A DNA stretch of 64,000 bases from an uncultured Ktedonobacteraceae bacterium (GTDB taxonomy: Bacteria; Acidobacteriota; Terriglobia; Terriglobales; Acidobacteriaceae). Shown piece by piece: positions 1 to 9,947 of this stretch. Under the pieces are notes generated by a model, which was given only the letters and a program-made list of their open reading frames with translations, had not been told where the DNA came from and ran no database searches. Every line of letters begins with the position of its first letter. Positions within the stretch are counted from its first letter, which is position 1. The stretch lies in contig CAZZUX010000006.1 of assembly GCA_964657395.1 (NCBI GenBank), positions 6,192-70,191 on the forward strand, in the 5' to 3' direction. The position numbers and the translations under genes were made by a program.

Positions 1-48
1 GCCTGTAGCCTGCTTCAGTAAATCGCCGATGCCGGAGAGAAAACTCAT
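1..48 (-). CDS. 5' end of an unidentified CDS that runs off the left edge (MSFLSGIGDLLKQATG...)
   Basis: ATG at 48..46 with AAGGAAG 6 nt upstream on the minus strand. Only 16 codons are visible, so no product can be assigned. Confidence 0.3.
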   Translation of the reverse strand, partial: MSFLSGIGDLLKQATG

Positions 49-195
49 CTGATTCTTCCTTTCGTTTCGATCCGAGATCGGTCCGACCTCGTTGCGATCG
101 ACTGGTATAAAGACGAACCTGCCCGAAGATCACAGCAATAAAACGCCTTGCCGGCCTCCGGGCAGACTGCGGATCTTTCTGAGTACGTCACTAGC

Positions 196-594
196 CTAGT
201 GTGCCATCGTGCCGGCGGGAGCAGCGGTCGTCGCTGACTTCTTGCCCATCGGTGATGCCTTCGCCAGGTGAGCGCCCATCTTCTGCGCATCGGCTTCACT
301 CATAAACTGGCCATGCTTGGTCTTGCCATAAAAGGAATCATCCTTGTGGTACACCTTGCTGCTGGTGTTCACCCAGACCATGCCCTTTGACTTGGCATCG
401 GCAATCTGCGCATCAGTCGGCATGGCTGCCGAAGATGCCATCGAACCCTTTGCAGGCGCCGACTGGGACATTGATCCCATCGAACTCTGTGAACCCGAAC
501 CCATCGTGCTCTGTGCCAGCACCGATGTGCCCATCATGAGGGAGGAAGCAAATGCAAATACAGCTACTTTGGAGAGACAACAATTCATCTTCAT
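196..594 (-). CDS. small secreted protein of unknown function
   Basis: 132 aa. Signal-peptide-like N-terminus ([28 protein letters not shown]), an S/M/G-rich linker, and a C-terminal motif [36 protein letters not shown] lies upstream of the ATG. Confidence 0.7.
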   Translation of the reverse strand: MKMNCCLSKVAVFAFASSLMMGTSVLAQSTMGSGSQSSMGSMSQSAPAKGSMASSAAMPTDAQIADAKSKGMVWVNTSSKVYHKDDSFYGKTKHGQFMSEADAQKMGAHLAKASPMGKKSATTAAPAGTMAH

Positions 595-709
595 TCAATA
601 GTCCTTTCAAACCACCCCGAAGCTTACATCTCCCCCCGTGGCGCTTTCCAGTACTAAAGCGTAACTGCACTGAATTTCATGAAAGCGGGAATAGGGGCCC
701 CAACCGCCC

Positions 710-1246
710 CTAATCGGTGACCTCGGGATGCAGATGCTGACCCGGCTTCTCCAGCCATCTCGCAAACTGCGGTCCATTCATGTCCAGCCGGACCACTGAC
801 ATTTCCTCGCGATCAAAGCTGGCAACCAGCAGCGTCATCCGCGCGCCATGGGGACGCACAAAAATTGCCGTTTGCTCCCGTTCCTCACCTTCAGTACGGC
901 TCCGGGATGCGACAATCAGCGACCAGGACGCTCCCAGCGCCTCCTTCACCACCTCCGGCAGGTCCACCAACACTGCGCCCGTCTTGGGCGATGACAAACT
1001 CGTCTCCTCAAACTCTGCTATCTTGATGCCCTTCACGGCTCCACCCGTCGCAAGATGAGCGCCGAAACTCGCCATGCCGATCCACGGCACATACTTGCGG
1101 TGCAGGTGGTATCCATGCTCGAGCGAGCCGACAACGGCGCCGAAATCATGGTCGCTGGCCATCACAGTGACCGGCGCCAGCGCGATCGACGCCCAGGCAG
1201 CAGCAACCCGCATCACTGAACTGCTGGCAATGCCCGCCGCGTTCAT
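710..1246 (-). CDS. secreted hypothetical protein, last gene of the ECF operon (possibly DUF4252-like)
   Basis: 178 aa. Its ATG overlaps the stop of the upstream gene (ATGA at 1243-1246). Hydrophobic N-terminal segment. Family assignment is tentative. Confidence 0.65.
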   Translation of the reverse strand: MNAAGIASSSVMRVAAAWASIALAPVTVMASDHDFGAVVGSLEHGYHLHRKYVPWIGMASFGAHLATGGAVKGIKIAEFEETSLSSPKTGAVLVDLPEVVKEALGASWSLIVASRSRTEGEEREQTAIFVRPHGARMTLLVASFDREEMSVVRLDMNGPQFARWLEKPGQHLHPEVTD

Positions 1247-1920
1247 TGCGTCTCTCCGTTATTCTCGCTGCCCTGCATCAGCTTCCTGCTTCCCGTACTT
1301 CCCGGCACATCCACCTTGGGTATGCCAAACTGTCCGCTCAGCGACGACAGCATGGAGGGGTCGAGCATGCCATCGATACACACAAACGAAAGCTCCTTCT
1401 CCTCCGCACTCAGAATCACCATGCCCGTCGACTTGCCATTCGACAGCCGAATCCAGATGTCGCTGTACTCCGGCGCCTTGTTCTTTCCCTGGTCTCTCGT
1501 ACTCACAATGTGTGACCAGTCGCTGCCCTTGTACTGCTCGCGAATCGATTCAAGATCAGCCGCGTTGTATTCACCGGCCTTCTCAAACTCGTAGCTGTGC
1601 ACCACGATCGCATTCAGGCCGCGCACCACCTTCTTCGCACTCGCTTGGTCCGCGTCCTTGTCACTGAGAAAGTTGCCGGCAAACCCCAGCATATTGCGAT
1701 CAAGATTCACATCCGAACGCGATCTGGCCCTCGCAGCATACTTCTCAATATCGCCAGGCAGGCAGCGACTCTGCGCAGAGGAAGGACCTGCCCATACCAT
1801 CAGCATTATGCTGAGAGCCGTGGGCATGGTCACCCCGAGTGAAGCCCGCAGCTGTACCATCCACTGCGAAGCCGAACGCCTTGCCTTTCTCCCAGTGAAT
1901 TGAAGTTTCCGCTCTGTCAT
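1243..1920 (-). CDS. DUF4252-like secreted protein
   Basis: 225 aa with ATGA overlaps at both ends and a signal peptide ending ...WAGPSSAQS. Clear paralogue of 24731..25498; both share ...HSY.F...G.YN.A.L...R.QY... and a C-terminal ...G.L....L..L.G.FGIP. The DUF4252 name is recalled from memory, not from an HMM hit. Confidence 0.75.
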   Translation of the reverse strand: MTERKLQFTGRKARRSASQWMVQLRASLGVTMPTALSIMLMVWAGPSSAQSRCLPGDIEKYAARARSRSDVNLDRNMLGFAGNFLSDKDADQASAKKVVRGLNAIVVHSYEFEKAGEYNAADLESIREQYKGSDWSHIVSTRDQGKNKAPEYSDIWIRLSNGKSTGMVILSAEEKELSFVCIDGMLDPSMLSSLSGQFGIPKVDVPGSTGSRKLMQGSENNGETQ

Positions 1921-2321
1921 TGTGAATCTCCTTCAAGAATTCCCGGTTCGATATGAATCGATTGTGTGCGCCCCTGGATCGAGCGGAGTTGGGTTCCGGT
2001 GATCCGCAAAGCCAGCATCACCTGCTGCCGCACAGCCTCGCCTCGTGCAATCTCAGCCTGATGATGCAGCCGATATCCAGCGGGCAGTACAAACGCCAGC
2101 ATCAGCACAGCCGCCAGCGCTACCCGCATCCATGCGTTCGCCAGGGTAGAAGCCTGCAGCACCGGAAATGGAAGCAGCGGCTTCCTCTTCGTCGCGGGTT
2201 CTGAATCGGTAAGACGCGCCAACACACGTGCACCAAAATCCTCGGGCGCCTGCTCATGCCGCAACGCGGCCCTCCATGCTTCCTCTAGCCGGTGGTCCGG
2301 GATCCCGTCTCGATCCTTCAT
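1917..2321 (-). CDS. putative anti-sigma factor (single-pass membrane protein)
   Basis: 134 aa, one predicted TM segment (WMRVALAAVLMLAFVLPAGY). Located directly downstream of the ECF sigma gene with 4-nt overlaps on both sides. Confidence 0.65.
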   Translation of the reverse strand: MKDRDGIPDHRLEEAWRAALRHEQAPEDFGARVLARLTDSEPATKRKPLLPFPVLQASTLANAWMRVALAAVLMLAFVLPAGYRLHHQAEIARGEAVRQQVMLALRITGTQLRSIQGRTQSIHIEPGILEGDSQ

Positions 2322-2863
2322 CGCACTATCCTTTCCGCGCTCGCGCGCAGCGCCTTGCTGCGCAGCAGCTTCAACGCCCGCTGCAGATGACTCTTCACCG
2401 TGGCTACTGGCATTCCCAGCGTGCCGGCTATCTCGTCCGGCGACAGGTCTTCCTGGTAGCGCAGTGTCACCACACTTCGCTGTACAGCAGGCAGCGAATC
2501 CAGCAATTGCCGCAGATGCCGATGCAGCAGCGGATCCCCTGGCTGACGCTGCGACACACTCTCCGTCGCGCTTTCCGCAAAGGCTTCCAGCGTTGCCTCA
2601 TCCATCCCCACTTCGCGCGTTCCATGCCCATAGGTGCCCGCACCCCTGCGCAGATAGTCGATGGCACGATGGGACGCCACGCGACGCAGCCAGTACTTCA
2701 CATGCTCCCTCGTCTTCAGTTCACCAAGCTTGCCATGCAATTCAAGGAACACGTCCTGCGCGATCTCCTCCGCAGCTCCTCGATCGCCTGCGATGCGCAG
2801 CGCGATCGAAAAGACCATGTCCTGATGTTCGCGCAGCAGCAATGGAAAATTGTCGGCCAGCAA
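2318..2863 (-). CDS. ECF-type RNA polymerase sigma factor (sigma-70 family, group 4)
   Basis: 181 aa. Region 2 (FSIALRIAGDRGAAEEIAQDVFLELH) and region 4 HTH (VVTLRYQEDLSPDEIAGTLGMPVATVKSHLQRALKLLR). TTG start. Confidence 0.9.
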   Translation of the reverse strand: MLADNFPLLLREHQDMVFSIALRIAGDRGAAEEIAQDVFLELHGKLGELKTREHVKYWLRRVASHRAIDYLRRGAGTYGHGTREVGMDEATLEAFAESATESVSQRQPGDPLLHRHLRQLLDSLPAVQRSVVTLRYQEDLSPDEIAGTLGMPVATVKSHLQRALKLLRSKALRASAERIVR

Positions 2864-3028
2864 ATCGAGCCTCGTGTGCCTTCACTCACCTATACGCAGA
2901 CCAGAGCTGGTCGGAATGCAAAATCTTTCACACCCTTCTCAATCGCTGGAATCCGGGTGCCCGCAGTCGATGCAAATCGGCGCGCCGACGGCCTGCGCCG
3001 TACGCCAGTACCCGGGTAGAATTGCCGC

Positions 3029-3823
3029 ATGGCAGAGGGGCTTGCACTGATCGATGCTTTCACCGCGAATCGCTTCAAAGGCAATCCTGCAGCTGTATGC
3101 CTCATCACTTCCTCGAGAGACGACGAGTGGAAGCGGGCTATGGCCATCGAGCTGAATCAGCCTGCCACTGCCTTCCTGCAGGCTCGCGACGAAGAAAATG
3201 AATTCGACCTGGGCTGGTTTACCGCTAAGAGAGAGCTGGAACTCTGTGGCCACGGCACCCTGGCCGCGGCCCATTTCCTGTTTGAAGCTGGCTACCTCAA
3301 ACAAGGACAGGCCGCGTCATTCCACACGATGAGTGGCAGGCTCTCTGCAGTGCATGATGGAGAATGGATCGAACTGGACTTTCCTGCAAAAGCTGTCGTT
3401 GAAGCAGAGGTGCCGGCAGGGCTGCAGGTGGCCATCGGTGAAAATGAAATTCTCTTCGCCGGCAGAAATGGAATGGACCTCTTCATCGAACTCGCGACTG
3501 AAGATGCGGTTCGTGATCTCACTCCCAATCTCGAGCGGCTCGCCAGTATCGATATGCGCGGCCTGATCGTCACCGCCCGCAGCCGCAGCCCCTACGATTG
3601 CGTCTCACGCTTTTTCGCCCCGCGCCTGGGAATCGCTGAAGACCAGGTCACCGGCTCCACCCACTGCGCCATCGCCCCGTACTGGGCTGCAAAACTGGGT
3701 AAACCTTGTCTGCTGGCGTACCAGGCTTCCGCCCGCGGCGGCGAACTCCGTCTCACGCCCGGCGCAGATCGCGTCAGGATCAGCGGTCAGGCCACTACCA
3801 TCTGGCGCGGGACGCTCGCTTAA
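3029..3823 (+). CDS. PhzF family isomerase (phenazine biosynthesis-like protein)
   Basis: 264 aa. Contains FTANRFKGNPAAVCL, CGHGTLAAAHFL and GSTHCAIAPYW motifs, typical of the PhzF/YHI9 fold. Confidence 0.85.
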   Translation: MAEGLALIDAFTANRFKGNPAAVCLITSSRDDEWKRAMAIELNQPATAFLQARDEENEFDLGWFTAKRELELCGHGTLAAAHFLFEAGYLKQGQAASFHTMSGRLSAVHDGEWIELDFPAKAVVEAEVPAGLQVAIGENEILFAGRNGMDLFIELATEDAVRDLTPNLERLASIDMRGLIVTARSRSPYDCVSRFFAPRLGIAEDQVTGSTHCAIAPYWAAKLGKPCLLAYQASARGGELRLTPGADRVRISGQATTIWRGTLA

Positions 3824-3883
3824 AACCAGACACTTAGGCAGAAATCCTTAACGAGACGAGTATTAGCCAAAGAGTAGGGATAG

Positions 3884-3903
3884 ATTGTTCCACGTGGAAC
3901 AAT
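3884..3903. other. parS-like site 1 (ParB/Spo0J binding palindrome)
   Basis: Perfect 20-bp palindrome ATTGTTCCACGTGGAACAAT. The 16-bp core TGTTCCACGTGGAACA matches the parS consensus TGTTNCACGTGAAACA except for one position, changed symmetrically in both halves. Confidence 0.6.
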
Positions 3904-3930
3904 TTGACCTTTTCTACGAAACTACGCGCA

Positions 3931-3950
3931 ATTGTTCCACGTGGAACAAT
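3931..3950. other. parS-like site 2
   Basis: Identical 20-bp palindrome, 47 bp downstream of site 1, in the gap between convergent genes. Confidence 0.6.
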
Positions 3951-3983
3951 CTGGCTCTTTTCACCTGCAACCGCAGCAGTGTC

Positions 3984-5537
3984 TTAAGCCTTGGGCTTCC
4001 ATCGCAGGATCGGTTTTCTCGCTGCCGTCGTCTCATCCAGTCGCGAAATGCGCGTCGCATGAGGCGCACTCAAAATCAGTTCCGGATTCTCTTCTGCCTC
4101 GCGTGCGATCTGCTGCATCGCGTCGATGAACAGGTCGAGCTCTTCCTTCGACTCGCTCTCCGTCGGTTCAATCATCAACGCACCCGGCACAATGAGCGGA
4201 AACGAAACCGTGTAGGGATGAAATCCATAATCGATCAGCCGCTTCGCGAGGTCGCCGGTCTTCAATCCGCGCGCCTGCTGCTTGCGATCGCTGAATACCA
4301 CCTCGTGCATCGAAGGCGTGGGATACGGCAGCTCGTAATAGCCTTCCAGCTTCTTGCGAATGTAGTTCGCGTTCAGCACTGCATCTTCGGTTGTCTGCCG
4401 CAGACCATCAGGTCCGTTGGCAAGAATGTACGCAAGCGCCCGCACGAACATTCCGAAGTTGCCGTAGAACATGCGCACCCGTCCAACGGATTGCGGGCGA
4501 TCATAATCAAAGCGCAGCATGCCATCCGCACCTTCGACAACGACAGGCGTGGGCAGGAAGGGCTCAAGGATTTTTTTGCACGCAACCGGTCCCGATCCCG
4601 GGCCGCCGCCGCCATGCGGTGTTGAGAATGTTTTGTGCAGGTTAAGGTGCATCACGTCCACACCAAAGTCGCCTGGACGTGTTTTGCCGACCAGCGCATT
4701 CATATTCGCGCCGTCCATGTACAGCAGTGCGCCCTTCTCATGCAGTACGTCAGCGATCTTGTGGATCTCGCTTTCGAACACGCCTATAGTCGAAGGATTC
4801 GTCAACATCAGCGCGGCTGTTTCGTTGGTGACCATTTGCGCGAGCCGCGATACATCGACCATGCCGTGAGAGTTCGACGGCAGATTCTCTACTTCATATC
4901 CGCATAACGCTGCGGTTGCGGGATTGGTGCCATGTGCGGAATCGGGCACGATGATCTTGCGGCGAGCGGAGCCCTGCGCCTGGTGATACGCACGGGCCAG
5001 CAGGATACCGGTGAACTCGCCATGCGCGCCGGCAGCGGGCTGCATGGTGATCGTGTCCATGCCGGTTATCTCGATCAGACACTGTTGCAGTAGCTTGATA
5101 ATGCGCAGCGAACCCTGCGAAAGTGACTCGGGCTGGTAGGGATGCGCCTCGGCTATGCCCTCCAAGCGCGACACCATTTCGTTCACGCGTGGGTTGTACT
5201 TCATGGTGCAGCTGCCCAGCGGATACATGCCGAGATCGATTGCGTAATTCCAGGTGGAGAGCCGCGTGAAGTGACGGATGATTTCGATCTCGCTCAGCTC
5301 CGGCAGAAAGCCCATGTCTTCGCGCGCAGCTTCGCCTAATAGTTCACCGGCGTTTACCTCCGGCACATCGAGTGGCGGCAGTCGGTAGGCCTTCTTGCCC
5401 GGCGAGGATTTCTCGAAAATCAGAGCCTCGTTCTGCGTAAGGTGCGCCGAAACCTTGTGCCGCGTTCCGACGAAAGGCGCAGCAGCTTCCTCCGCCTTGC
5501 CTGCGATCTTTTCTGTTTCGATAACAGTCGTTGCCAA
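3984..5537 (-). CDS. gcvPB: glycine dehydrogenase (decarboxylating) subunit 2, P-protein beta
   Basis: 517 aa. PLP-dependent GcvP C-terminal-half motifs (NLHKTFSTPHGGGGPG). Sits in the gcvT-H-PA-PB operon. Confidence 0.95.
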   Translation of the reverse strand: MATTVIETEKIAGKAEEAAAPFVGTRHKVSAHLTQNEALIFEKSSPGKKAYRLPPLDVPEVNAGELLGEAAREDMGFLPELSEIEIIRHFTRLSTWNYAIDLGMYPLGSCTMKYNPRVNEMVSRLEGIAEAHPYQPESLSQGSLRIIKLLQQCLIEITGMDTITMQPAAGAHGEFTGILLARAYHQAQGSARRKIIVPDSAHGTNPATAALCGYEVENLPSNSHGMVDVSRLAQMVTNETAALMLTNPSTIGVFESEIHKIADVLHEKGALLYMDGANMNALVGKTRPGDFGVDVMHLNLHKTFSTPHGGGGPGSGPVACKKILEPFLPTPVVVEGADGMLRFDYDRPQSVGRVRMFYGNFGMFVRALAYILANGPDGLRQTTEDAVLNANYIRKKLEGYYELPYPTPSMHEVVFSDRKQQARGLKTGDLAKRLIDYGFHPYTVSFPLIVPGALMIEPTESESKEELDLFIDAMQQIAREAEENPELILSAPHATRISRLDETTAARKPILRWKPKA

Positions 5538-5550
5538 CGGACCCTGCTTT

Positions 5551-6921
5551 CTACGCTCGTGCCAATTCGTTTGCGGTGGATTGCGTGCTTGCTGCGGCCA
5601 CTATGCCGGCAGCGCGATCAATCTGGTCTTTGCTGTTCAACTCAGTGGCGCACCAAAGCGTTGCATGCCCAAGTTCGGGATACCATTTCGCGAGAGAAAG
5701 GCCACCGATGATCTTTTGTTCCAGCAATTGCGAGTTCACTTCTTCAGCGCTGGCTTCGGTCTGCAGTACGAATTCATGGAAGCGCGGCGCAGCGTCGAAC
5801 AGCAGCTTCGCTCCTGAACTCGAAGAAATCTGCTTTGCGGCATAGTTGGCCTTCGCGAGATTGTGCAGTGCCAGCTCGCGGATGCCTTCCTTGCCGTACA
5901 CCGTCATGAAGATGGTCGCCATCAAGGCGACCAGCGCCTGGTTGGTGCAGATGTTGGAAGTCGCCTTCTCGCGGCGGATATGTTGTTCGCGCGTGGAAAG
6001 TGTCAGCACAAAACCGCGACGACCATGCTTGTCTCTTGTCTCCCCGCAAAGCCTGCCCGGCATCTGGCGGAGATACTTTTCTTTGGCGGCAATCACGCCG
6101 CAGTATGGACCGCCGTAGCTGATGGCGACGCCGAAGGACTGCGCTTCCAGCGAGACGATGTCCGCTTCTTTTGGGGGTTTGATCGCACCCAGCGAAATGG
6201 CTTCAGCAATCGAGACGATCAGCAGAGCGCCTTTTGCATGCACGACTTCAGCGATTGCCGGAATGTCCTCGACGACGCCGAAGAAGTTCGGCGACTGTAC
6301 AAGCACGCACGCGGTCTTTTCATCGAGCCGGGCTTCGAGATCCTTTAGGTCAAGACGGCCATCTTCGCCATAGCCGACCAGGTTCTTCGTAATGCCCTGG
6401 TGCTGCGCGTAGGTCGTTAACACTTCGCGATATTCCGGATGCACGGTCTTCGCGACCAAGGCCTCGGAACGCCCGGTCACGCGTACTGCCATCATCACGG
6501 CTTCGGCTGCGCCGGTGGAGCCGTCGTACATGGACGCGTTGGCGATGTCCATGCCAGTCAACTCACAGATCATTGTCTGGAATTCGAAGATGGCCTGCAG
6601 CGTGCCTTGCGTGATCTCCGCCTGGTAGGGCGTGTACGAGGTAAGGAACTCGCCACGCTGCACCAGTGCATCGATCACGACCGGTTTGTAGTGGCGATAG
6701 GCACCGGCGCCGAGAAAGCTTGCGTAACCGAGCGCGTTGTTGGCTGCCGCGGCCTTGAAGTGATCGACGATCTCCGACTCGCCCATTTGCCGCGGTATAT
6801 CGAGATCGCGTTCCAGCCTGTACTCGGCAGGAACACTGGCGAACAGGTCGTTGATACTGCGGACGCCGATCTCTTCGAGCATCGTTGTGCGTTCGGCTGG
6901 CGACTTTGGCAGGTAGCGCAT
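5551..6921 (-). CDS. gcvPA: glycine dehydrogenase (decarboxylating) subunit 1, P-protein alpha
   Basis: 456 aa. Starts [19 protein letters not shown] and contains [22 protein letters not shown], typical of GcvPA. Confidence 0.95.
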   Translation of the reverse strand: MRYLPKSPAERTTMLEEIGVRSINDLFASVPAEYRLERDLDIPRQMGESEIVDHFKAAAANNALGYASFLGAGAYRHYKPVVIDALVQRGEFLTSYTPYQAEITQGTLQAIFEFQTMICELTGMDIANASMYDGSTGAAEAVMMAVRVTGRSEALVAKTVHPEYREVLTTYAQHQGITKNLVGYGEDGRLDLKDLEARLDEKTACVLVQSPNFFGVVEDIPAIAEVVHAKGALLIVSIAEAISLGAIKPPKEADIVSLEAQSFGVAISYGGPYCGVIAAKEKYLRQMPGRLCGETRDKHGRRGFVLTLSTREQHIRREKATSNICTNQALVALMATIFMTVYGKEGIRELALHNLAKANYAAKQISSSSGAKLLFDAAPRFHEFVLQTEASAEEVNSQLLEQKIIGGLSLAKWYPELGHATLWCATELNSKDQIDRAAGIVAAASTQSTANELARA

Positions 6922-6966
6922 GCGGATTCCTTCGAAAGTGGAGGTGCGTTGTAAGAGCAGTGCCTG

Positions 6967-7344
6967 CTAGTGGGTCTCTTCTTTCACATAGGTCTCGTAG
7001 GCAGTACCGTCCAGCAAACCTTCCAGCTGCGATGGATCGGTAAGCTGCACCTGCAGGATCCAGGACGAATGTGCGTCCGTGTTGATCTTCTCGGGCGATG
7101 TTGCCAGTTCTTCATTGATCGCAGTAACTGTTCCAGATACAGGTGCGTACAAGTCGGAAACGGCTTTAACCGATTCTACGGAGCCGAAGGTCTTGCCTTT
7201 TTCGAGCGTCGATCCGATCTTCGGCAGATCGACGAAGACGATGTCGCCGAGCGAACCCTGGGCATAGTCGGTGATGCCCACTCGGCCGTCTGCGTCAATC
7301 CATTCGTGTTCCTTGGTATATCGGTAGGTTTCTGGATAAGGCAT
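6967..7344 (-). CDS. gcvH: glycine cleavage system H protein (lipoyl carrier)
   Basis: 125 aa. YTKEHEWI and the lipoyl-lysine motif ESVKAVSDLYAPVSG. Confidence 0.95.
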   Translation of the reverse strand: MPYPETYRYTKEHEWIDADGRVGITDYAQGSLGDIVFVDLPKIGSTLEKGKTFGSVESVKAVSDLYAPVSGTVTAINEELATSPEKINTDAHSSWILQVQLTDPSQLEGLLDGTAYETYVKEETH

Positions 7345-7445
7345 TCAGTTCGTTCTCCATACACATTGTAGGACCATCGGACCGCGTCTCTGAAAGCGGT
7401 TGGCAGCATTCGGTTGTGACGCGAAAACTGTGGTCAGAATAGATG

Positions 7446-8636
7446 TTATTGTGCTGCCTGTAACTTTTTCGGCCTCTTGTAAAAAGGCAAAGGAACGACC
7501 ACCGCTTTCACAAGGTTGCCCCGAACTTCCACTGCGACCTCTGTACCAGCTGCCTGGAACTCCATGGGAAGGTGGGCCATTGCGATGTTCTTCTTCAGGA
7601 ATGGCGCTGGCGAACCGGACGCTACGCGGCCGATCTCGTGGCCATCCAAAGTCTTCACGACGTAGCCATCACGAGCAATGCCTCGTTCTACGATTTCGAG
7701 TCCGACCAGTCGCTTTGCGGGGCCGCCAGCTGCCTTCGCGGCAAGCAGGGCATCCGATCCGATAAATGGACCCTTGTCGAACTTGGCGTAGCGATCCAGT
7801 CCGGCCTCGAGGACGTTTATGTCGTCGGAGATCTCGTGGCCGTAGAGAGCCATTGAGCTTTCGAGGCGGAGGGTGTTGCGCGCGCCCAGGCCGCACGGCA
7901 GGATATCGAATTCCGCGCCGGCAGTCAGCACTTCGTTCCACACACGGACGCTGGTCGCTTCATCGCTCGGCACGTAAATTTCGAACCCGTCTTCGCCGGT
8001 ATAGCCGGTACGCGCGATCATCGTGTTGTGCAGGCCGCAGACGGTGCCCCAGGTGAACCAGTAGTTTTTGATGGTGGAGAGGTTCTTATCGGTCAGCTTC
8101 TGCAGCGTCGCTTCAGCCTTCGGTCCCTGGATCGCGAGCTGCGTGTAGTAGTCGGAGTAGTCGGAGACGTGGACAGAGTGCATGGCGCCAACGTTCTGGC
8201 GCACCCAGCTGACGTCTTTCTCGCGAGTGCCTGCGTTAATGACCAGCAGGTAGTCATTATCACTGAATTTATGGACGATGACGTCGTCGACGAAGGTGCC
8301 GTTGGGGTAGAGCATGGCGGAGTAGTGAGCCTGGCCCATCTGCAGCTTCGAGGCGTCGTTCATAGAGATTTTCTGCACGGCGGCGAGCGAGCCGGGCCCG
8401 CGGAGCTGGATATCTCCCATGTGACTGACGTCGAAGACACCGACGCCGGTGCGGACGGCCATGTGTTCTGCAATGAGGCCGGAGTATTCGACGGGCATGT
8501 CCCAGCCGCCGAAGTCGACCATTTTGGCGCCGGAGGAACGATGCGTGGCATTCAGAGCAGTCTTGCGCAGTGCGGGCTTAGCGGGAGCAGCGGTTGACAC
8601 GGCAATGTCCTTTTGGAAGGGGGATTGCAACTTCAT
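7446..8636 (-). CDS. gcvT: aminomethyltransferase (glycine cleavage T protein)
   Basis: 396 aa. [16 protein letters not shown] and GVFDVSHMG motifs. First gene of the operon. Confidence 0.93.
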   Translation of the reverse strand: MKLQSPFQKDIAVSTAAPAKPALRKTALNATHRSSGAKMVDFGGWDMPVEYSGLIAEHMAVRTGVGVFDVSHMGDIQLRGPGSLAAVQKISMNDASKLQMGQAHYSAMLYPNGTFVDDVIVHKFSDNDYLLVINAGTREKDVSWVRQNVGAMHSVHVSDYSDYYTQLAIQGPKAEATLQKLTDKNLSTIKNYWFTWGTVCGLHNTMIARTGYTGEDGFEIYVPSDEATSVRVWNEVLTAGAEFDILPCGLGARNTLRLESSMALYGHEISDDINVLEAGLDRYAKFDKGPFIGSDALLAAKAAGGPAKRLVGLEIVERGIARDGYVVKTLDGHEIGRVASGSPAPFLKKNIAMAHLPMEFQAAGTEVAVEVRGNLVKAVVVPLPFYKRPKKLQAAQ

Positions 8637-8707
8637 AGACTAGCATTCGGAGCAGAACAGGTTGGCAGGGGTTTGGCAGGGCGCGGTTGCACAACTCCTA
8701 GTGCAGT

Positions 8708-8736
8708 ATTAAAGATATTCCGGCTTTGGTAATCAA
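8708..8736 (-). promoter_or_regulatory. candidate sigma70-type promoter for gcvT
   Basis: Minus strand TTGATT-17 nt-TTTAAT, about 70 nt upstream of the gcvT ATG. Pattern match by eye only. Confidence 0.35.
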
Positions 8737-8905
8737 ATTCACGATTACTTCTCATTTTCCTCGTGCAAACCCCCACCCTTCTTGATAGGGTTGAAACAAC
8801 GTAGAAGACGATTTTTGGTTCCTTTGCTAGTCCCGTACTTCAGTTCACAGTACTTGCAGATGGCTCCAGTCAAATTCAGCGTCATCTCGATACAAGGAAA
8901 CGAAC

Positions 8906-9106
8906 ATGGAACAGGGAACAGTTAAGTGGTTTAATGATGCAAAGGGTTTTGGATTTCTGAGCCGCGAGAACGGTGAAGATGTATTTGTTCATCACACGGC
9001 AATTCAGTCCAACGGCTTCCGTACTCTTCAAGAGGGACAGCGCGTTCAGTTCAACGTCACCAAGGGCCCCAAGGGCTGGCAGGCGGAGAACGTTCAGGCT
9101 CTCTAA
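8906..9106 (+). CDS. cspA: cold-shock protein, CspA family
   Basis: 66 aa. [15 protein letters not shown] (RNP1) and VFVHHTAI (RNP2). AAGGA 8 nt upstream and a long untranslated leader region. Confidence 0.95.
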   Translation: MEQGTVKWFNDAKGFGFLSRENGEDVFVHHTAIQSNGFRTLQEGQRVQFNVTKGPKGWQAENVQAL

Positions 9107-9126
9107 GCTGAATCGCAGGACTTAAC

Positions 9127-9164
9127 AGAACGGGATGGCCTTCGGGTCATCCCGTTCTTCGTTT
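9127..9164 (+). terminator. rho-independent terminator of cspA
   Basis: 14-bp stem (AGAACGGGATGGCC / GGTCATCCCGTTCT, one G-U pair) around a TTCG tetraloop, followed by TCGTTT. Confidence 0.8.
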
Positions 9165-9189
9165 GGGGTGAATGGTGGAGGTCTACACT

Positions 9190-9807
9190 ATGCCGATGAG
9201 CACGCTTTTGCCGATACAGCCCGAATGGCTTCCCATGAGTCTTGTGCCGGGAAAGAAGCTAACGGATGAAGAGTTTGAGCAGCTGTGTTTTTCGAGTGAC
9301 CTGATCCAATTTGAGCGCACCAGGGACGGAGAAATCCTTATGAATGCTCCGGCAGGTGGGGGAACCAGCAGCGGGAACGCCGAAATTATTGGTCAACTGC
9401 TGGCGTGGTGGAAGACTCACAGGAGGGGACGTGTCTTCGACTCGAATGGGGGCTTTTTTCTACAGGACGGATCCATGCTCTGCCCGGATGCGGCTTATGT
9501 GAGTGCGGAGACACTGAAAGACGTCCGCAAAGAAGATCTGCAGCACATTCTCCACGTTGTTCCAGACTTCATAGTTGAACTGCTTTCGTACTCGGACCGA
9601 CGGACCCAGGCGCTGGCCAAGATGAATTCGTGGATGATGAACGGGGTGCAAGTCGCCTGGCTGATCGATCCATATCGGAAGTCGGTGACGATCTATCGTC
9701 CTGGGGATGAGCCTCTTGCGACGATGGCACTTCAGGTCGCGGGATCGGGCCCGGTGGAGGGCTTCACACTGGATCTTTCAGAAGTGTGGAGTTGCTACGA
9801 GGTTTAG
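9190..9807 (+). CDS. Uma2 family (DUF820) endonuclease
   Basis: ERTRDGEILMNAPAGG, PDAAYVS and PDFIVELLSYSD...WLIDP...VTIYR follow the PD-(D/E)xK Uma2 pattern. Start chosen at the ATG with GGAGG 9 nt upstream; the ORF opens at 9172. Confidence 0.8.
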   Translation: MPMSTLLPIQPEWLPMSLVPGKKLTDEEFEQLCFSSDLIQFERTRDGEILMNAPAGGGTSSGNAEIIGQLLAWWKTHRRGRVFDSNGGFFLQDGSMLCPDAAYVSAETLKDVRKEDLQHILHVVPDFIVELLSYSDRRTQALAKMNSWMMNGVQVAWLIDPYRKSVTIYRPGDEPLATMALQVAGSGPVEGFTLDLSEVWSCYEV

Positions 9808-9947
9808 CTGATTAGCTGAACGTTTACCGGTCAGCAAGCTGAGATCTCTCTGCACTGCGCTCAGTTCGGTCGGATTGACAAAGAGGCTGCGCTTTCTCTG
9901 TTGCCAAGGCTTGCCCTGGCCGCCTCAGAGCAGGCAAGCTGGTGGCT

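Noticed and set aside
3884-3950. Possible CRISPR array or other spaced-repeat array
   Set aside because: There are only two copies, each is a perfect palindrome, and there are no cas genes in the window. The parS interpretation fits better.
3885-4625. 246-aa plus-strand ORF starting MFHVEQ, and a second MFHVEQ ORF at 3932
   Set aside because: Both starts are created by the parS-like palindromes. The long ORF is antisense to gcvPB.
8658-8690. TGGCAG...TTGCA sequence resembling a sigma54 promoter
   Set aside because: The spacing between the GG and GC elements is 2 nt too long, and the first repeat lacks the GC element. There is no suitably placed downstream gene.
8637-8905. Expected glycine riboswitch upstream of gcvT
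   Set aside because: I read the minus strand of the leader and found none of the conserved glycine-riboswitch core elements. If the candidate promoter at 8708-8736 is used, the leader is only about 70 nt, too short for the aptamer. An Rfam scan would be decisive.
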